Shown here one piece after another: positions 16,780-26,807 of a stretch of DNA of 64,000 nt. This stretch comes from Bacteroidales bacterium (GTDB lineage: Bacteria; Bacteroidota; Bacteroidia; Bacteroidales; GCA-2748055): positions 25,814 to 89,813 of the forward strand of contig JARGFP010000011.1 in NCBI GenBank assembly GCA_029210585.1, in the 5' to 3' direction. Both the position numbers and the translations under genes were made by a program. Position 1 is the first letter of the stretch, and every line of letters begins with the position of its first letter. The notes under the pieces are model-generated. The model saw only the letters and a list, made by a program, of their open reading frames with translations, made no database searches and had not been told where the DNA came from.

Positions 16780-19539
16780 CTATTCAATTGAATAATTATA
16801 TAAAAACCCGTTCAGGCTACCGACAACCAGGTTGAACCTGCTGTCGGATCCTGCAAAATACCCGATTGTGAACCGGGTGTTCCCTTCCAGGGGAAATCCT
16901 TCATACATGGTGCCGTCGGAGTTCAGCAGGTAAATTTCGTTCGCCTGTTTATCGACCAGCCCCAACTTTATATCCGTGCTTGAGAACTCATAAATATCAG
17001 GCACCATGCCAATATTATTTTTTGTCTTAAACGAGAATACCTTTCCCCCGCTGAGATCCGTTACTTCCAACCCGCTGCCATCTACAAAAATCATCTCCGG
17101 TTTTCCATCCTGGTCCAGGTCCCTTATACGGAAAAAATGCCCGGAAGATGCATCATGTTCCAGCAATTGTCCGATTTCACCGTTAATACCGACACCGATC
17201 ACATTCCCCGATGAATCGGTGGTTACAAACCTGGGGTTGTCCCCTGCAATATTCATATCCAGGTAAAACTGGTTATTTTCAGATACAACAAAGGTTTCCT
17301 TTATATCTATCCGCTCCTTTCCCCTCCTGTCGAGGAAATACGCCCTGACACCATCCGAGAACACGATATAATCCTTTTCCCCGATCCTGAAATGCTGGAC
17401 CGGCTGCCGCACCATTCCCTCCGATCGCCTGAAAGACCAGCCCGGGACCGTCTTTCCCTCGAGATCGTATACATATACCCTCCTGTCATTGCCTGCAACA
17501 AAGATCCGGTATTCCTTCCTGTTATCATAGTCAAACAAAGACATGCCATTGGTTGCACCGGCACGCAATTTTACAGGATATCTTTCCACGTAATTGCCGT
17601 TTCTGTCGATGAGATGAATACTCCCCGGGGTATTGAAAAGGTACTGCAGTTTGCCATTGGCATAGAAATCCACCTGGTATACATCGCTCAGCAGCGGCCC
17701 GTCGAGCGGCACCTGCCAAAGGACACGTCCCGTACTGTTCACAAGGTAAAGGGCATGGGAAGCATCCTGCACCATGATCTCCTTCTCAGAGGTATAATGA
17801 TTGGTGACCAGCCACGGCTTGGTGATGATGGTGGAATCCAGCAGACTTTCCCATACGGTAAGTGCCTTTTCCTTGATCTTCCGGGAATAGCTCAGACTGA
17901 CATTTGAATAGAAGATACCACCCTCATTGGAAAACTGGATGATGATGCCCGGGATCTTGCGCAGGGTTCCCCTGATACTGTCAGTGAGCGCCAGCGCAGG
18001 GTTGCTGAGCAGGGCGCTTTTCCTGTAGAGGTAATTTTCCGGCCTGATAAAACAGGTGAAATTGGCCCGGGTCGACATCAGGTTACTGACTTTCTGGTAA
18101 TACAATTCGTTTTCGAGGGTTTTGTGCAATACGTTCTGATAAATTGTTCTTGTTACAGCCTGTTCCGAATCACTTAAAATGACATAATTGTCGTAGAAGG
18201 CAAAGTGTGTTTTCAACAGTTTCCTGACCGGGGGAAGGTCGTAATGGACTTCAGGAAAACGGTAGATATCGAAACCCACCTCTTTGTCCAGCATGAACCG
18301 GCTCGTGTAATCTGAAAGTTCTTTCCCACGGGCTCCTGCCAATACAGAGGCCCATGTTGTCATCTTCGTCATCGCTTCGGACCTGCTCCTTACTTCCAGG
18401 ATCACTACTTCATGAAATGATTCATTTTTATGATCCTCCAGGGCGAACCATGCAATCTCATCCTTGATAAGTCCCAGCAGTTCTTCGAACATTCCCTCTC
18501 CAAGCACCTTTTTACTGTCATTGTCCATGGCCTGGAAGCGGGGGAGAAGATCCCTGCTCCGCAGTTCATTTTTAAAATCCGCAATGAACCTGTTTACATC
18601 ACTGATCCCGAAAGCCTGGAATTCAGAAACACTGGAAGGAACAAAAGAGGTGGCTTCCATCCGCACCGGCGACTGGTTCCTGAAAATATTCAACCAGCCG
18701 GCCAGCGAATCATTGGCGTATGTCATGCCAGTCAGAATGACCGCATCATCTCTCAGATCAAGATCGTATTCCCCCCATGTTGCGAGCCCGGAAAGAGATG
18801 ACAGCTGACGATGGTGACCGCTTTCAACCCATGGGAAAAACAACTCGTCCAACCGGTTGTAGTTCAGGTACAGGTTCCCCGGGACATATTTGCCAGCAGT
18901 TTTGGCTACAATCCTGAATCCCTCCTGGTTCCTGATGCCACCGTCGGAATGCAGGCTCCGGATCGCCTCCTCCAGCAGGATTGATGATTCACCTGCAATC
19001 AATAAACCATTTGTAAGTACGTACGAAAACCGGTCCGATCCCTGGGCATTTCCAAACGAAACATCGGTCAATTCAACTGCCTCATATTTTCTTGTATTGA
19101 TCTCTGCATTGCTTCCTGCCATCACCCTGATCTCATTATCCACCTGCTGGGCCGAAAGCTGTTCGCCCAGGAAGATGAAGAACAATGCCGTATGATTGCG
19201 CTTCCCCTGCAGGTGCAATGAAATACTCAGTGCACTTTCCTGAAGCCGGGAAGAAAGCAAAGGCATCCGGGACAAACGATCGGTCCAGCGATCTGCAACA
19301 CTGTCAAACCCTGCAAATATATACTTCTTGTGCAATTCATCCCATAACTGGTTGCTGCCGGATAACTCCCTGGTGAAAAAAGTGTAATCGATCTGCTCGA
19401 TATAGACGATGGCACTGGATGGTACCGCCTCGGCAGCGTGGACCCGTTGTCCAACATCATTTTTTCCAAGGAGCAGGTAAAGGAGCAATCCCACACTCAC
19501 AACTGCAACAGCACCACCAATCAATAACTTCTTAACCAT
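16780..19539 (-). CDS. N-terminally membrane-anchored protein with a C-terminal beta-propeller-like repeat region, function unknown
   Basis: 919 aa. Single N-terminal TM segment (LLIGGAVAVVSVGLLLYLLLG). The C-terminal ~330 aa carry repeated hydrophobic-Gly/Asp blade-like units, including an FG-GAP-like Ca-loop DLDQDGKPEMIFVDGSG. Confidence 0.65.
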   Translation of the reverse strand: MVKKLLIGGAVAVVSVGLLLYLLLGKNDVGQRVHAAEAVPSSAIVYIEQIDYTFFTRELSGSNQLWDELHKKYIFAGFDSVADRWTDRLSRMPLLSSRLQESALSISLHLQGKRNHTALFFIFLGEQLSAQQVDNEIRVMAGSNAEINTRKYEAVELTDVSFGNAQGSDRFSYVLTNGLLIAGESSILLEEAIRSLHSDGGIRNQEGFRIVAKTAGKYVPGNLYLNYNRLDELFFPWVESGHHRQLSSLSGLATWGEYDLDLRDDAVILTGMTYANDSLAGWLNIFRNQSPVRMEATSFVPSSVSEFQAFGISDVNRFIADFKNELRSRDLLPRFQAMDNDSKKVLGEGMFEELLGLIKDEIAWFALEDHKNESFHEVVILEVRSRSEAMTKMTTWASVLAGARGKELSDYTSRFMLDKEVGFDIYRFPEVHYDLPPVRKLLKTHFAFYDNYVILSDSEQAVTRTIYQNVLHKTLENELYYQKVSNLMSTRANFTCFIRPENYLYRKSALLSNPALALTDSIRGTLRKIPGIIIQFSNEGGIFYSNVSLSYSRKIKEKALTVWESLLDSTIITKPWLVTNHYTSEKEIMVQDASHALYLVNSTGRVLWQVPLDGPLLSDVYQVDFYANGKLQYLFNTPGSIHLIDRNGNYVERYPVKLRAGATNGMSLFDYDNRKEYRIFVAGNDRRVYVYDLEGKTVPGWSFRRSEGMVRQPVQHFRIGEKDYIVFSDGVRAYFLDRRGKERIDIKETFVVSENNQFYLDMNIAGDNPRFVTTDSSGNVIGVGINGEIGQLLEHDASSGHFFRIRDLDQDGKPEMIFVDGSGLEVTDLSGGKVFSFKTKNNIGMVPDIYEFSSTDIKLGLVDKQANEIYLLNSDGTMYEGFPLEGNTRFTIGYFAGSDSRFNLVVGSLNGFLYNYSIE

Positions 19540-19708
19540 GAATCAAATACTTTGATCTCAAATGTATTAAAAAGAGACCGTTCTGCGAACAGAACTTACC
19601 AACAGTTCCCCGGAATCTTCTTACCTTTATCAGTTGTGGTAAAAAATGTAAACCCCTCCGGGGTCAAAACCCCAGTATGGTACAGTTTTTGAGGCGTTGC
19701 GTGTATTC

Positions 19709-22099
19709 ATGAAACAGATACTAAGCATACTTTTTATCCTGCTGGTCACCAATACGTCCGGTCAGCAATTGCGCATCCTGTCGGAAAACAGCAGTGAACC
19801 CATTGCCAACGTAGCCATTTTTAACACTTCACGTGAACGGGCAGCCATCACCGACAGTAATGGATATACAGGCACACTGGCTTTTTTGAAGGGCGACACG
19901 CTGGTGTTCCAGCACCCGTCATACAATACTGTCATATATCCCTATGAAGAAATCCGGAACAAACAGGTCGTCAGGCTCTCAAAGCGAAACATCCTCTTCG
20001 ATGAATTCGTCATTTCCGCCACCAAATCACGCGAAAGCAAACAAATCCTGCCCTATAAGGTGAGCGTGCTCCGGGAGAAAAACCTGGTGAACAATCCTGC
20101 ACAAACCGCGGCGGATATCCTTTTGGAGACCGGGAACATTGCTATTCAGAAAACCCAGGCCGGCGGGGGCAGTCCCATCCTCCGCGGCTTCGAAGCCAAT
20201 AAGATCCTCCTGGTGGCAGACGGTGTGAGAATGAACAATGCCATTTACCGCTCCGGGCACCTGCAAAATGCCATTACCATCGACCATGCCATCCTGGAAC
20301 GCACCGAAATCATCTTCGGACCCAGTTCACTGATCTATGGAAGCGATGCACTGGGCGGTGTCATTCACTATTATACCAAAGACCCCGAATTGTCGGAATC
20401 GGAAAAAATATATTTCAGCGGCAGTGCATACACACAATACTCTACCGCAAACACAGGCAAAGTCGGACACATTGATTTCAATGCCGGTGGCAAAAAGATC
20501 GGATCCCTCACCAGTGTAACCTATAAAGACTTTGAAAATATCAGGATCGGCTCCAACAGGAACCTGTTTTATGGCGACTGGGGAAAAACCCTCCATTATG
20601 TCAAACCGGGGAACGACGGCAGGGACAGCATGTACGTGAACCAAAACGAACTTATCCAGCGCAATACAGCCTACCAGCAATTCGACCTGCTGCAGAAATT
20701 CAAATATGCACAATCAGAATTTGTCGACTGGATCCTGAATATCCAGTATTCCACCTCTTCCGACATCGACAGGCTGGATAACCTTAACGACTACGACCGG
20801 GATGGAATACTGAAATATGCGGAATATTATTACGGGCCACAAAACAGGCTGCTTGCTTCTGTGAAGAATGTCAACCGCAATGACAACCCCTTTTTCACCA
20901 ATGCCACCTCGATCTTTGCCTACCAGCGAATCAACGAGGACCGCATTTCCCGGAAGTTCAAATCGAATGACCGTCTGCACCAACTGGAGACAGTAAATGT
21001 ACTGAGTCTGAACATCGATTTCCTGAAGGTGTGGGATGTCAATAAAAAACTGAATTACGGGTATGATCTCATCTATAACCACGTGGGTTCAGGTGCCTTT
21101 TACGAACATCTATCCACCAGCGAAATACGTCCGGCCCAAACACGCTATCCATCCGGGGGCAGCAACACTTACTCATCCTCAATTTATGCAAGCTACAAGA
21201 AAATTTTTTCCGACAAGCTGGTGCTGAATGGCGGACTCAGGTACAATTTCTCCCACCTGAACTCAGTTTTCAATAATCCCGCCCTTGAATTTGACACCAC
21301 CCGCTTCAGCAATGGCGCCCTTACCGGAAGCCTGAGCCTTGTGTACCACCCGGGACCAGCCTGGCAAATCAACGGGATCCTCTCCTCGGGCTACAGGAAT
21401 CCCAACGTTGATGATTATGGAAAAATCAGGGCGAAAGACGATTATATCATCATTCCAAATCCCGATATCAAACCCGAATATACCTACAACGCCGAAACAG
21501 GAGTCAGCAGGGTTATCGAAGGATTTCTGCGCATGGATATTGTTGGTTACTATACCCTGATCACCAACGCCATTGTCCGCACCGACTATACACTGAACGG
21601 CCAGGACTCCATGATGTACGATGGCGACATCTACCGGGTCTCCGCAAATTACAATGCCAACCTCGGCCATATCTACGGCGCATCCGTGAACGTGATTTCT
21701 GATTTCTACAATAACATTGTACTGAAAGGCTCCATCAATTATACCAGGGGTCGAAACCTCACCGACGATGTGCCCCTGGGACATATCCCCCCTGTCTTCG
21801 GACGGGTGAGTATCACCTATGACTACAAGAAATTCCGGTTCGACAGCTTTGTACACTATAACGGATGGAAATTCGCCGACTCATTCTCCCCCTACGGCGA
21901 AGACAATGAAGAAGAAGCCACCATGTTCGGATACCCTTCCTGGTGGACACTCAATATGCATACATCCTACCGGATCAATGAGTATATTACCGCCCAGTTC
22001 GCCATCGAAAACATCCTTGACCAATTCTATAAACCATTCGCTTCAGGGGTGAGTGCACCCGGACGGAATTTTACCCTCACACTCCGAACACATTTCTGA
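19709..22099 (+). CDS. TonB-dependent outer-membrane receptor
   Basis: Signal peptide, then a carboxypeptidase-regulatory-like N-domain, then a plug ([29 protein letters not shown]) and a C-terminal barrel ending [12 protein letters not shown] prefer the ATG at 19709 over the track TTG at 19697. Confidence 0.9.
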   Translation: MKQILSILFILLVTNTSGQQLRILSENSSEPIANVAIFNTSRERAAITDSNGYTGTLAFLKGDTLVFQHPSYNTVIYPYEEIRNKQVVRLSKRNILFDEFVISATKSRESKQILPYKVSVLREKNLVNNPAQTAADILLETGNIAIQKTQAGGGSPILRGFEANKILLVADGVRMNNAIYRSGHLQNAITIDHAILERTEIIFGPSSLIYGSDALGGVIHYYTKDPELSESEKIYFSGSAYTQYSTANTGKVGHIDFNAGGKKIGSLTSVTYKDFENIRIGSNRNLFYGDWGKTLHYVKPGNDGRDSMYVNQNELIQRNTAYQQFDLLQKFKYAQSEFVDWILNIQYSTSSDIDRLDNLNDYDRDGILKYAEYYYGPQNRLLASVKNVNRNDNPFFTNATSIFAYQRINEDRISRKFKSNDRLHQLETVNVLSLNIDFLKVWDVNKKLNYGYDLIYNHVGSGAFYEHLSTSEIRPAQTRYPSGGSNTYSSSIYASYKKIFSDKLVLNGGLRYNFSHLNSVFNNPALEFDTTRFSNGALTGSLSLVYHPGPAWQINGILSSGYRNPNVDDYGKIRAKDDYIIIPNPDIKPEYTYNAETGVSRVIEGFLRMDIVGYYTLITNAIVRTDYTLNGQDSMMYDGDIYRVSANYNANLGHIYGASVNVISDFYNNIVLKGSINYTRGRNLTDDVPLGHIPPVFGRVSITYDYKKFRFDSFVHYNGWKFADSFSPYGEDNEEEATMFGYPSWWTLNMHTSYRINEYITAQFAIENILDQFYKPFASGVSAPGRNFTLTLRTHF

Positions 22100-22112
22100 G
22101 ACAAGACCATCC

Positions 22113-22790
22113 ATGACAACGGTAACCCCCCATATCGAAGAGAGCTGGAAAAATGCACTTAAGAAAGAATTCCAGTCGGAATACTTTGCAGCACTGAAAG
22201 CATTCCTTGTAGAAGAACGATCCCGCTACACCATCTACCCGCCAGGTCCGAAAATCTTTAACGCATTCGACAGTACACCACTGCACCAGGTAAAAGCTGT
22301 GATCCTTGGACAGGATCCCTACCACGGACAGGGCCAGGCACACGGTTTATGCTTTTCTGTGCCACGGGGCATCAAACCTCCCCCTTCACTTGTGAATATT
22401 TTTAAGGAAATTCATGCCGACACAGGCCTTCCCCTGCCCGACCATGGCAACCTGGAAGCATGGACCCGGCAGGGAGTGATGCTGCTGAACGCGACACTCA
22501 CCGTACGTGCATCCAGCGCAGGATCACACCAGAACAAGGGTTGGGAACAATTTACCGACCAGGTCATCCGCCTGATCTCTGATCAGCGCGATCACACAGT
22601 CTTTTTGCTGTGGGGACGCTTTGCCCAGGCCAAGGAGGCCCTGATCGACACCAACAAACATTTGGTGCTGAAAGCAGCCCATCCATCCCCCCTCTCCGCA
22701 CATAACGGCTTCTTCGGGTGCCGCCATTTCTCAAAAACAAACACCTTCCTTGCCGCAAACGGAATGAAACCGATCAACTGGCAACCCTGA
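22113..22790 (+). CDS. ung: Uracil-DNA glycosylase
   Basis: Motifs [21 protein letters not shown] and AAHPSPLSA. The start at [12 protein letters not shown] (ATG 22113) avoids the overlap with the receptor gene. Confidence 0.95.
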   Translation: MTTVTPHIEESWKNALKKEFQSEYFAALKAFLVEERSRYTIYPPGPKIFNAFDSTPLHQVKAVILGQDPYHGQGQAHGLCFSVPRGIKPPPSLVNIFKEIHADTGLPLPDHGNLEAWTRQGVMLLNATLTVRASSAGSHQNKGWEQFTDQVIRLISDQRDHTVFLLWGRFAQAKEALIDTNKHLVLKAAHPSPLSAHNGFFGCRHFSKTNTFLAANGMKPINWQP

Positions 22791-22930
22791 ATCCGGAACC
22801 AATTCTGCTTATGCTGAAAAGCATGGGATTTATCAAGAAACCAAAATCCCCGAACTGTTTTTGGCACAGTATTTGTTATTTTTATAACGACAGTTCATCC
22901 AAGCATATACCTGACATTATTCGGGGCACG

Positions 22931-22958
22931 GTCCGTCTCTTTCAGAGGCGGGCTTTTT
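22931..22958 (+). terminator. Intrinsic terminator, canonical in the plus orientation
   Basis: GTCCGTCTCT (22931-22940) pairs with AGAGGCGGGC (22944-22953), including G-U pairs. Followed by TTTTTATTTT. Confidence 0.6.
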
Positions 22959-22962
22959 ATTT

Positions 22963-23952
22963 TCAGAAAGGTTTATAACCAATGATCTCCCGCACCTCCC
23001 GAAGGGTCCTGGAGGCGCTCTCACGGGCACGTTCAGCACCGTTTTCCACCACTTTTCTCAGGTATACATCGTCGTTATAGATATCCAGGATCCTTTCACG
23101 AAGCGGGGTGGTGAAGGCAACGATATCCTCCGCAAGTTGCTTTTTCAGGTCTCCGTACCGAATCGTACAATTGTTGTAGGCCTCCTCGAAATGCACCACT
23201 GTCGCCGGATCTGACATGAGTTCCAGCAGGTAGAACAGATTCCTGATCGGCTCCGGCTTTTCCGAATTGGGCGTTTCCGGACCCGCATCCGTAACAGCAC
23301 GCATGACCTTTTTCCTGATCGCTTTGGGATCGTCGGCCAGGTAGATCCCGTTTCCTTCCGATTTGCCCATTTTTCCTGTACCGTCAAGTCCGGGCACCTT
23401 CACCAGGTCACTCCCGAAATTGAATGGCTCGGGCAAGGTGAAATATTCCACGCCATACATGTGGTTGAAGCGTTTTGCAAATTTCCGGGCCATCTCCAGG
23501 TTCTGTTCCTGGTCCTTGCCCACCGGCACTTTGTCGGCATTGTGGATGATGATATCTGCACACATCAGTACCGGGTAGGTCAGCAACCCCGCATTCACAT
23601 TCTCGGGCTGCTTCCTGATCTTCTCCTTGAAGGTGGTGGTCCGTTCCAGCTCCCCGATATAGGCATTCATGTTCAGCAGGAGGTACAGTTGCGGGATCTC
23701 CGGAACATCGCTCTGGATATAAATCGTGGCCACCTCGGGATCGATCCCACACGCAATGTATTCCGAAAGTACCTTCCGGATATTGTCATGCAGGTTCTCT
23801 GGTTTTGGGTGTGTCGTAAGTGAATGAAGATCAGCAATAAAGAAGTAGCAATTGTATTCATGCTGCATCCTGACAAAATTCTTCACTGCACCGTAGTAAT
23901 TTCCCAGGTGCAGGTTTCCCGTGGATCTGATCCCGCTTAATACCGTTTCCAT
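22963..23952 (-). CDS. trpS: Tryptophan--tRNA ligase
   Basis: 329 aa. Class I HIGH-type motif (TGNLHLGNYYG) and KMSKS-type motif (KMGKS). Confidence 0.97.
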   Translation of the reverse strand: METVLSGIRSTGNLHLGNYYGAVKNFVRMQHEYNCYFFIADLHSLTTHPKPENLHDNIRKVLSEYIACGIDPEVATIYIQSDVPEIPQLYLLLNMNAYIGELERTTTFKEKIRKQPENVNAGLLTYPVLMCADIIIHNADKVPVGKDQEQNLEMARKFAKRFNHMYGVEYFTLPEPFNFGSDLVKVPGLDGTGKMGKSEGNGIYLADDPKAIRKKVMRAVTDAGPETPNSEKPEPIRNLFYLLELMSDPATVVHFEEAYNNCTIRYGDLKKQLAEDIVAFTTPLRERILDIYNDDVYLRKVVENGAERARESASRTLREVREIIGYKPF

Positions 23953-23976
23953 ATGATTTTCGAAATAAAATGCCTA

Positions 23977-23984
23977 CAAAACTA
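23977..23984 (-). promoter_or_regulatory. Candidate -7 box TAGTTTTG for trpS
   Basis: The reverse complement of caaaacta fits TAnnTTTG. It ends 24 nt upstream of the trpS ATG (23952). Confidence 0.4.
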
Positions 23985-24174
23985 ATACCGAATTTCAGGG
24001 GGTGCAAATAATCAATGCATTATTGTACACCATTTGCTCATTTTCATTCTTTGCGGTCCCTCTTTAATTCGTTACTTTTACATCCTTTTCAAACTGTACA
24101 ATGGCCGGGTGTTGATAAAACCCGGAAATTTGCTTGCGAATAATTTGTAATTTTTCACGGGATAAAATTGATCT

Positions 24175-24519
24175 ATGGAGTCAACCAGACAACAGAAAGT
24201 ATCGAGAATGCTCCAAAAGGAACTGGGGGCCTATTTTCAGCAACATACCCGGGAGATACTTCCGGGAAAAATGATCACGGTAACCGTGGTACGTGTAAGT
24301 CCCGACCTGGGCGTGGCAAAGGTCTACCTGAGTATCTTCCCCCTTGATAGGCAGGAGGAACCCCTGGAAAAAATAAGGGCACATGCGCCCGCAATCCGTA
24401 ACATGATCGGCAGGAAGATCAAACACCAGGTACGGTCCATCCCGGAATTCATTTACTACCTGGACGATTCCCTGGATTATATTGAAAACATCGATAACCT
24501 GCTCGGCGACGATAAGTAA
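24175..24519 (+). CDS. rbfA: Ribosome-binding factor A
   Basis: 114 aa. RQQKVSRMLQKELG, ITVTVVRVSPDLGVAKVYLS and IPEFIYYLDDS give the typical RbfA layout. Confidence 0.9.
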   Translation: MESTRQQKVSRMLQKELGAYFQQHTREILPGKMITVTVVRVSPDLGVAKVYLSIFPLDRQEEPLEKIRAHAPAIRNMIGRKIKHQVRSIPEFIYYLDDSLDYIENIDNLLGDDK

Positions 24520-24588
24520 CGCAAAGGGCACCCTGCACAAGTGGTGCAAATGTAACGTATTATATATCAACGATTAAACAAATATTTT

Positions 24589-25398
24589 GTGAAATATGAC
24601 CCTGTAAAACGTAGTCTTGGTGCTGTTTTCAATACCACCCCGTTCCTGCGTAAACTATTTTACCACCTGCTCAACCTGCTGCTGCTCAGGTCATGGCATA
24701 TCAGGAAGGAATTGCGGAAGCTCAGGAATTCCCTGCCGGCAGCACCGGCGATCCTGGACGCCGGTTCCGGATTCGGTCAATACGATTATACCATGTCCAG
24801 GCAATTTCCAAAGGCACAGATCACTGCGGTGGATGTAAAACAGGAGCAGATCGATGATTGCAATGCATTTTTTGAACGTATCGGCAGGTCCGACCGCGTG
24901 AAATTCGAATACGGAGATCTCACCACCTACCAGCAGCCGGACGCATACGACCTGGCTCTTTCAGTGGATGTAATGGAGCATATAGAGGAGGATGTTACCG
25001 TGTTCAGGAACCTGGCTGCCAGCCTTAAAAAAGGAGGCGTGCTGCTGATCTCCACGCCTTCTGACAAAGGTGGAAGCGATGTCCATGATGACCACGACGA
25101 TTCTTTCATCGAAGAACATGTGCGCGATGGATATGCCATTGAAGATATTGAAGCCAAGCTGAAAACCGCGGGTTTCACTTCGGTCCGAAGCAGGTATGCA
25201 TACGGTACCCCGGGAAAGATCTCCTGGAGACTTTCGATGAAATGGCCGATCAGGATCGCCAATGCAGGCAAGCTCCTGATCCTCCTGCTGCCTTTCTATT
25301 ACCTTGTGTTCTACCCTTTTGCATTTGTACTCAATATCATCGACCTGCATACCATGCATAAATCAGGTACCGGATTAATAGTTACAGCCATTAAATGA
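24589..25398 (+). CDS. Class I SAM-dependent methyltransferase with a C-terminal hydrophobic segment
   Basis: Motif I ILDAGSGFGQY. A GTG start at 24589 is required because the next in-frame Met lies after motif I. The C-terminus KLLILLLPFYYLVFYPFAFVL looks membrane-embedded. Confidence 0.75.
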   Translation: MKYDPVKRSLGAVFNTTPFLRKLFYHLLNLLLLRSWHIRKELRKLRNSLPAAPAILDAGSGFGQYDYTMSRQFPKAQITAVDVKQEQIDDCNAFFERIGRSDRVKFEYGDLTTYQQPDAYDLALSVDVMEHIEEDVTVFRNLAASLKKGGVLLISTPSDKGGSDVHDDHDDSFIEEHVRDGYAIEDIEAKLKTAGFTSVRSRYAYGTPGKISWRLSMKWPIRIANAGKLLILLLPFYYLVFYPFAFVLNIIDLHTMHKSGTGLIVTAIK

Positions 25399-26636
25399 GA
25401 TTTCCCCTCTATATTGCACGCAGGTACCTCTTCACCAGGAAGAGCCAGAATGCAATTAATATTATCTCCGGGATCTCCATGCTGGGAGTGGCGGTCGGCG
25501 CCATGGCGCTGGTCGTGATATTGTCAGTATTCAATGGATTCGATGAAGTAGTGAAATCACTGTTCAATTCATTTGACCCGGATATCAGGATCACAGCAAC
25601 ACAGGGGAAAGTCTTTACACCGGATGAAAGGTTTCAGCAGGTGCGCAAACTGGAAGGAGTGGCATATTTTTCTGAAGTACTGGAAGAAAACGCCCTGCTG
25701 AAATACGACGAAAGGCAGCATATTGCAACCATCAAGGGAGTGGATGCGTCCTTTATCAATGTAACCGGCATAGATTCCATGGTATACGAAGGCGAGATGA
25801 TACTGAAAGATAACAACCGGTCCTACGCCGTGGTGGGTCAGGGCGTCGCCTATAACCTGCAGATCGGTCTGAATTTTATCAATCCGCTGTTTGTGTATAT
25901 GCCCAAAAGGGTGGGGAGGATCAACCTGGCCAATCCCGACGATGCCTTCCGCAGGCAATATATTTTTCCCGGTGCCATTTTTGCCATCGAACAGGATTAC
26001 GACTCAAAATATGTGATCGTACCCATTGAATTCATGCGGGAATTGCTCGATTATACCAGCGAAGCCTCCGCGGTTGAGCTCAAACTGGATCCGGCATACA
26101 ATGTCGCTGAGACACAAGACAGGATCTCGGAAATTCTGGGAGAGGGATTCCTGGTGCAGAACCGCACACAACAAAATGAACTGTTCTACAAGGTCATGCG
26201 GTCGGAGAAATGGGCCATTTTCCTGATCCTGACCTTCATCCTGGTCATTGCATCCTTCAATATCATCGGATCCCTCAGTATGCTGATCATCGATAAAAAG
26301 AACGATATCCGCAGCCTGAGGAACATGGGCGCCAGCCAGAAACTGATTGGCCGGATCTTCCTGCTGGAGGGATGGCTGATCAGCATCACCGGCTCTGTAA
26401 TCGGCATCGTCCTTGGCACATTGATCAGCTGGTTGCAGGACCGGTTTGAATTACTGAAACTGAGCGGCAGCGGGACATTCGTGATCGACGCCTACCCTGT
26501 CGACCTGCAGCTGGGAGATGTACTGCTTGTTTGGATTACTGTACTGGTGATCGGGTTCCTGGCTGCACTGTACCCTGTACGCCAGATCAGTAAAAAATAC
26601 CTGTCGGAACTGGAAGGAAGGGAAAGTGGACAGTGA
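25395..26636 (+). CDS. FtsX/LolC/LolE-family ABC transporter permease
   Basis: N-terminus FPLYIARRYLFTRKSQNAINIISGISMLGVAVG is typical of LolC/E-like permeases. 413 aa. ATGA overlap with the preceding gene. Confidence 0.8.
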   Translation: MRFPLYIARRYLFTRKSQNAINIISGISMLGVAVGAMALVVILSVFNGFDEVVKSLFNSFDPDIRITATQGKVFTPDERFQQVRKLEGVAYFSEVLEENALLKYDERQHIATIKGVDASFINVTGIDSMVYEGEMILKDNNRSYAVVGQGVAYNLQIGLNFINPLFVYMPKRVGRINLANPDDAFRRQYIFPGAIFAIEQDYDSKYVIVPIEFMRELLDYTSEASAVELKLDPAYNVAETQDRISEILGEGFLVQNRTQQNELFYKVMRSEKWAIFLILTFILVIASFNIIGSLSMLIIDKKNDIRSLRNMGASQKLIGRIFLLEGWLISITGSVIGIVLGTLISWLQDRFELLKLSGSGTFVIDAYPVDLQLGDVLLVWITVLVIGFLAALYPVRQISKKYLSELEGRESGQ

Positions 26637-26807
26637 AACGAACTGATGTCATGAATGAGAAGTGTACTGCATATATTTCGCTATTTATAACGAGTTTAAA
26701 TTCAACGGTATACCCGGCTTGCAGGCAACCATGCAGAACCTTCCCTGCAACCTGTGCGTAAAAACACCGATGTGAAGAATGCTTTATAAAACTGACAACC
26801 AGTTGGT

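Noticed and set aside
22053-22112. An upstream extension of the ung ORF that overlaps the end of the TonB-dependent receptor gene.
   Set aside because: The conserved Ung sequence starts at the Met at 22113. The extension overlaps the receptor's terminal beta-strand codons.
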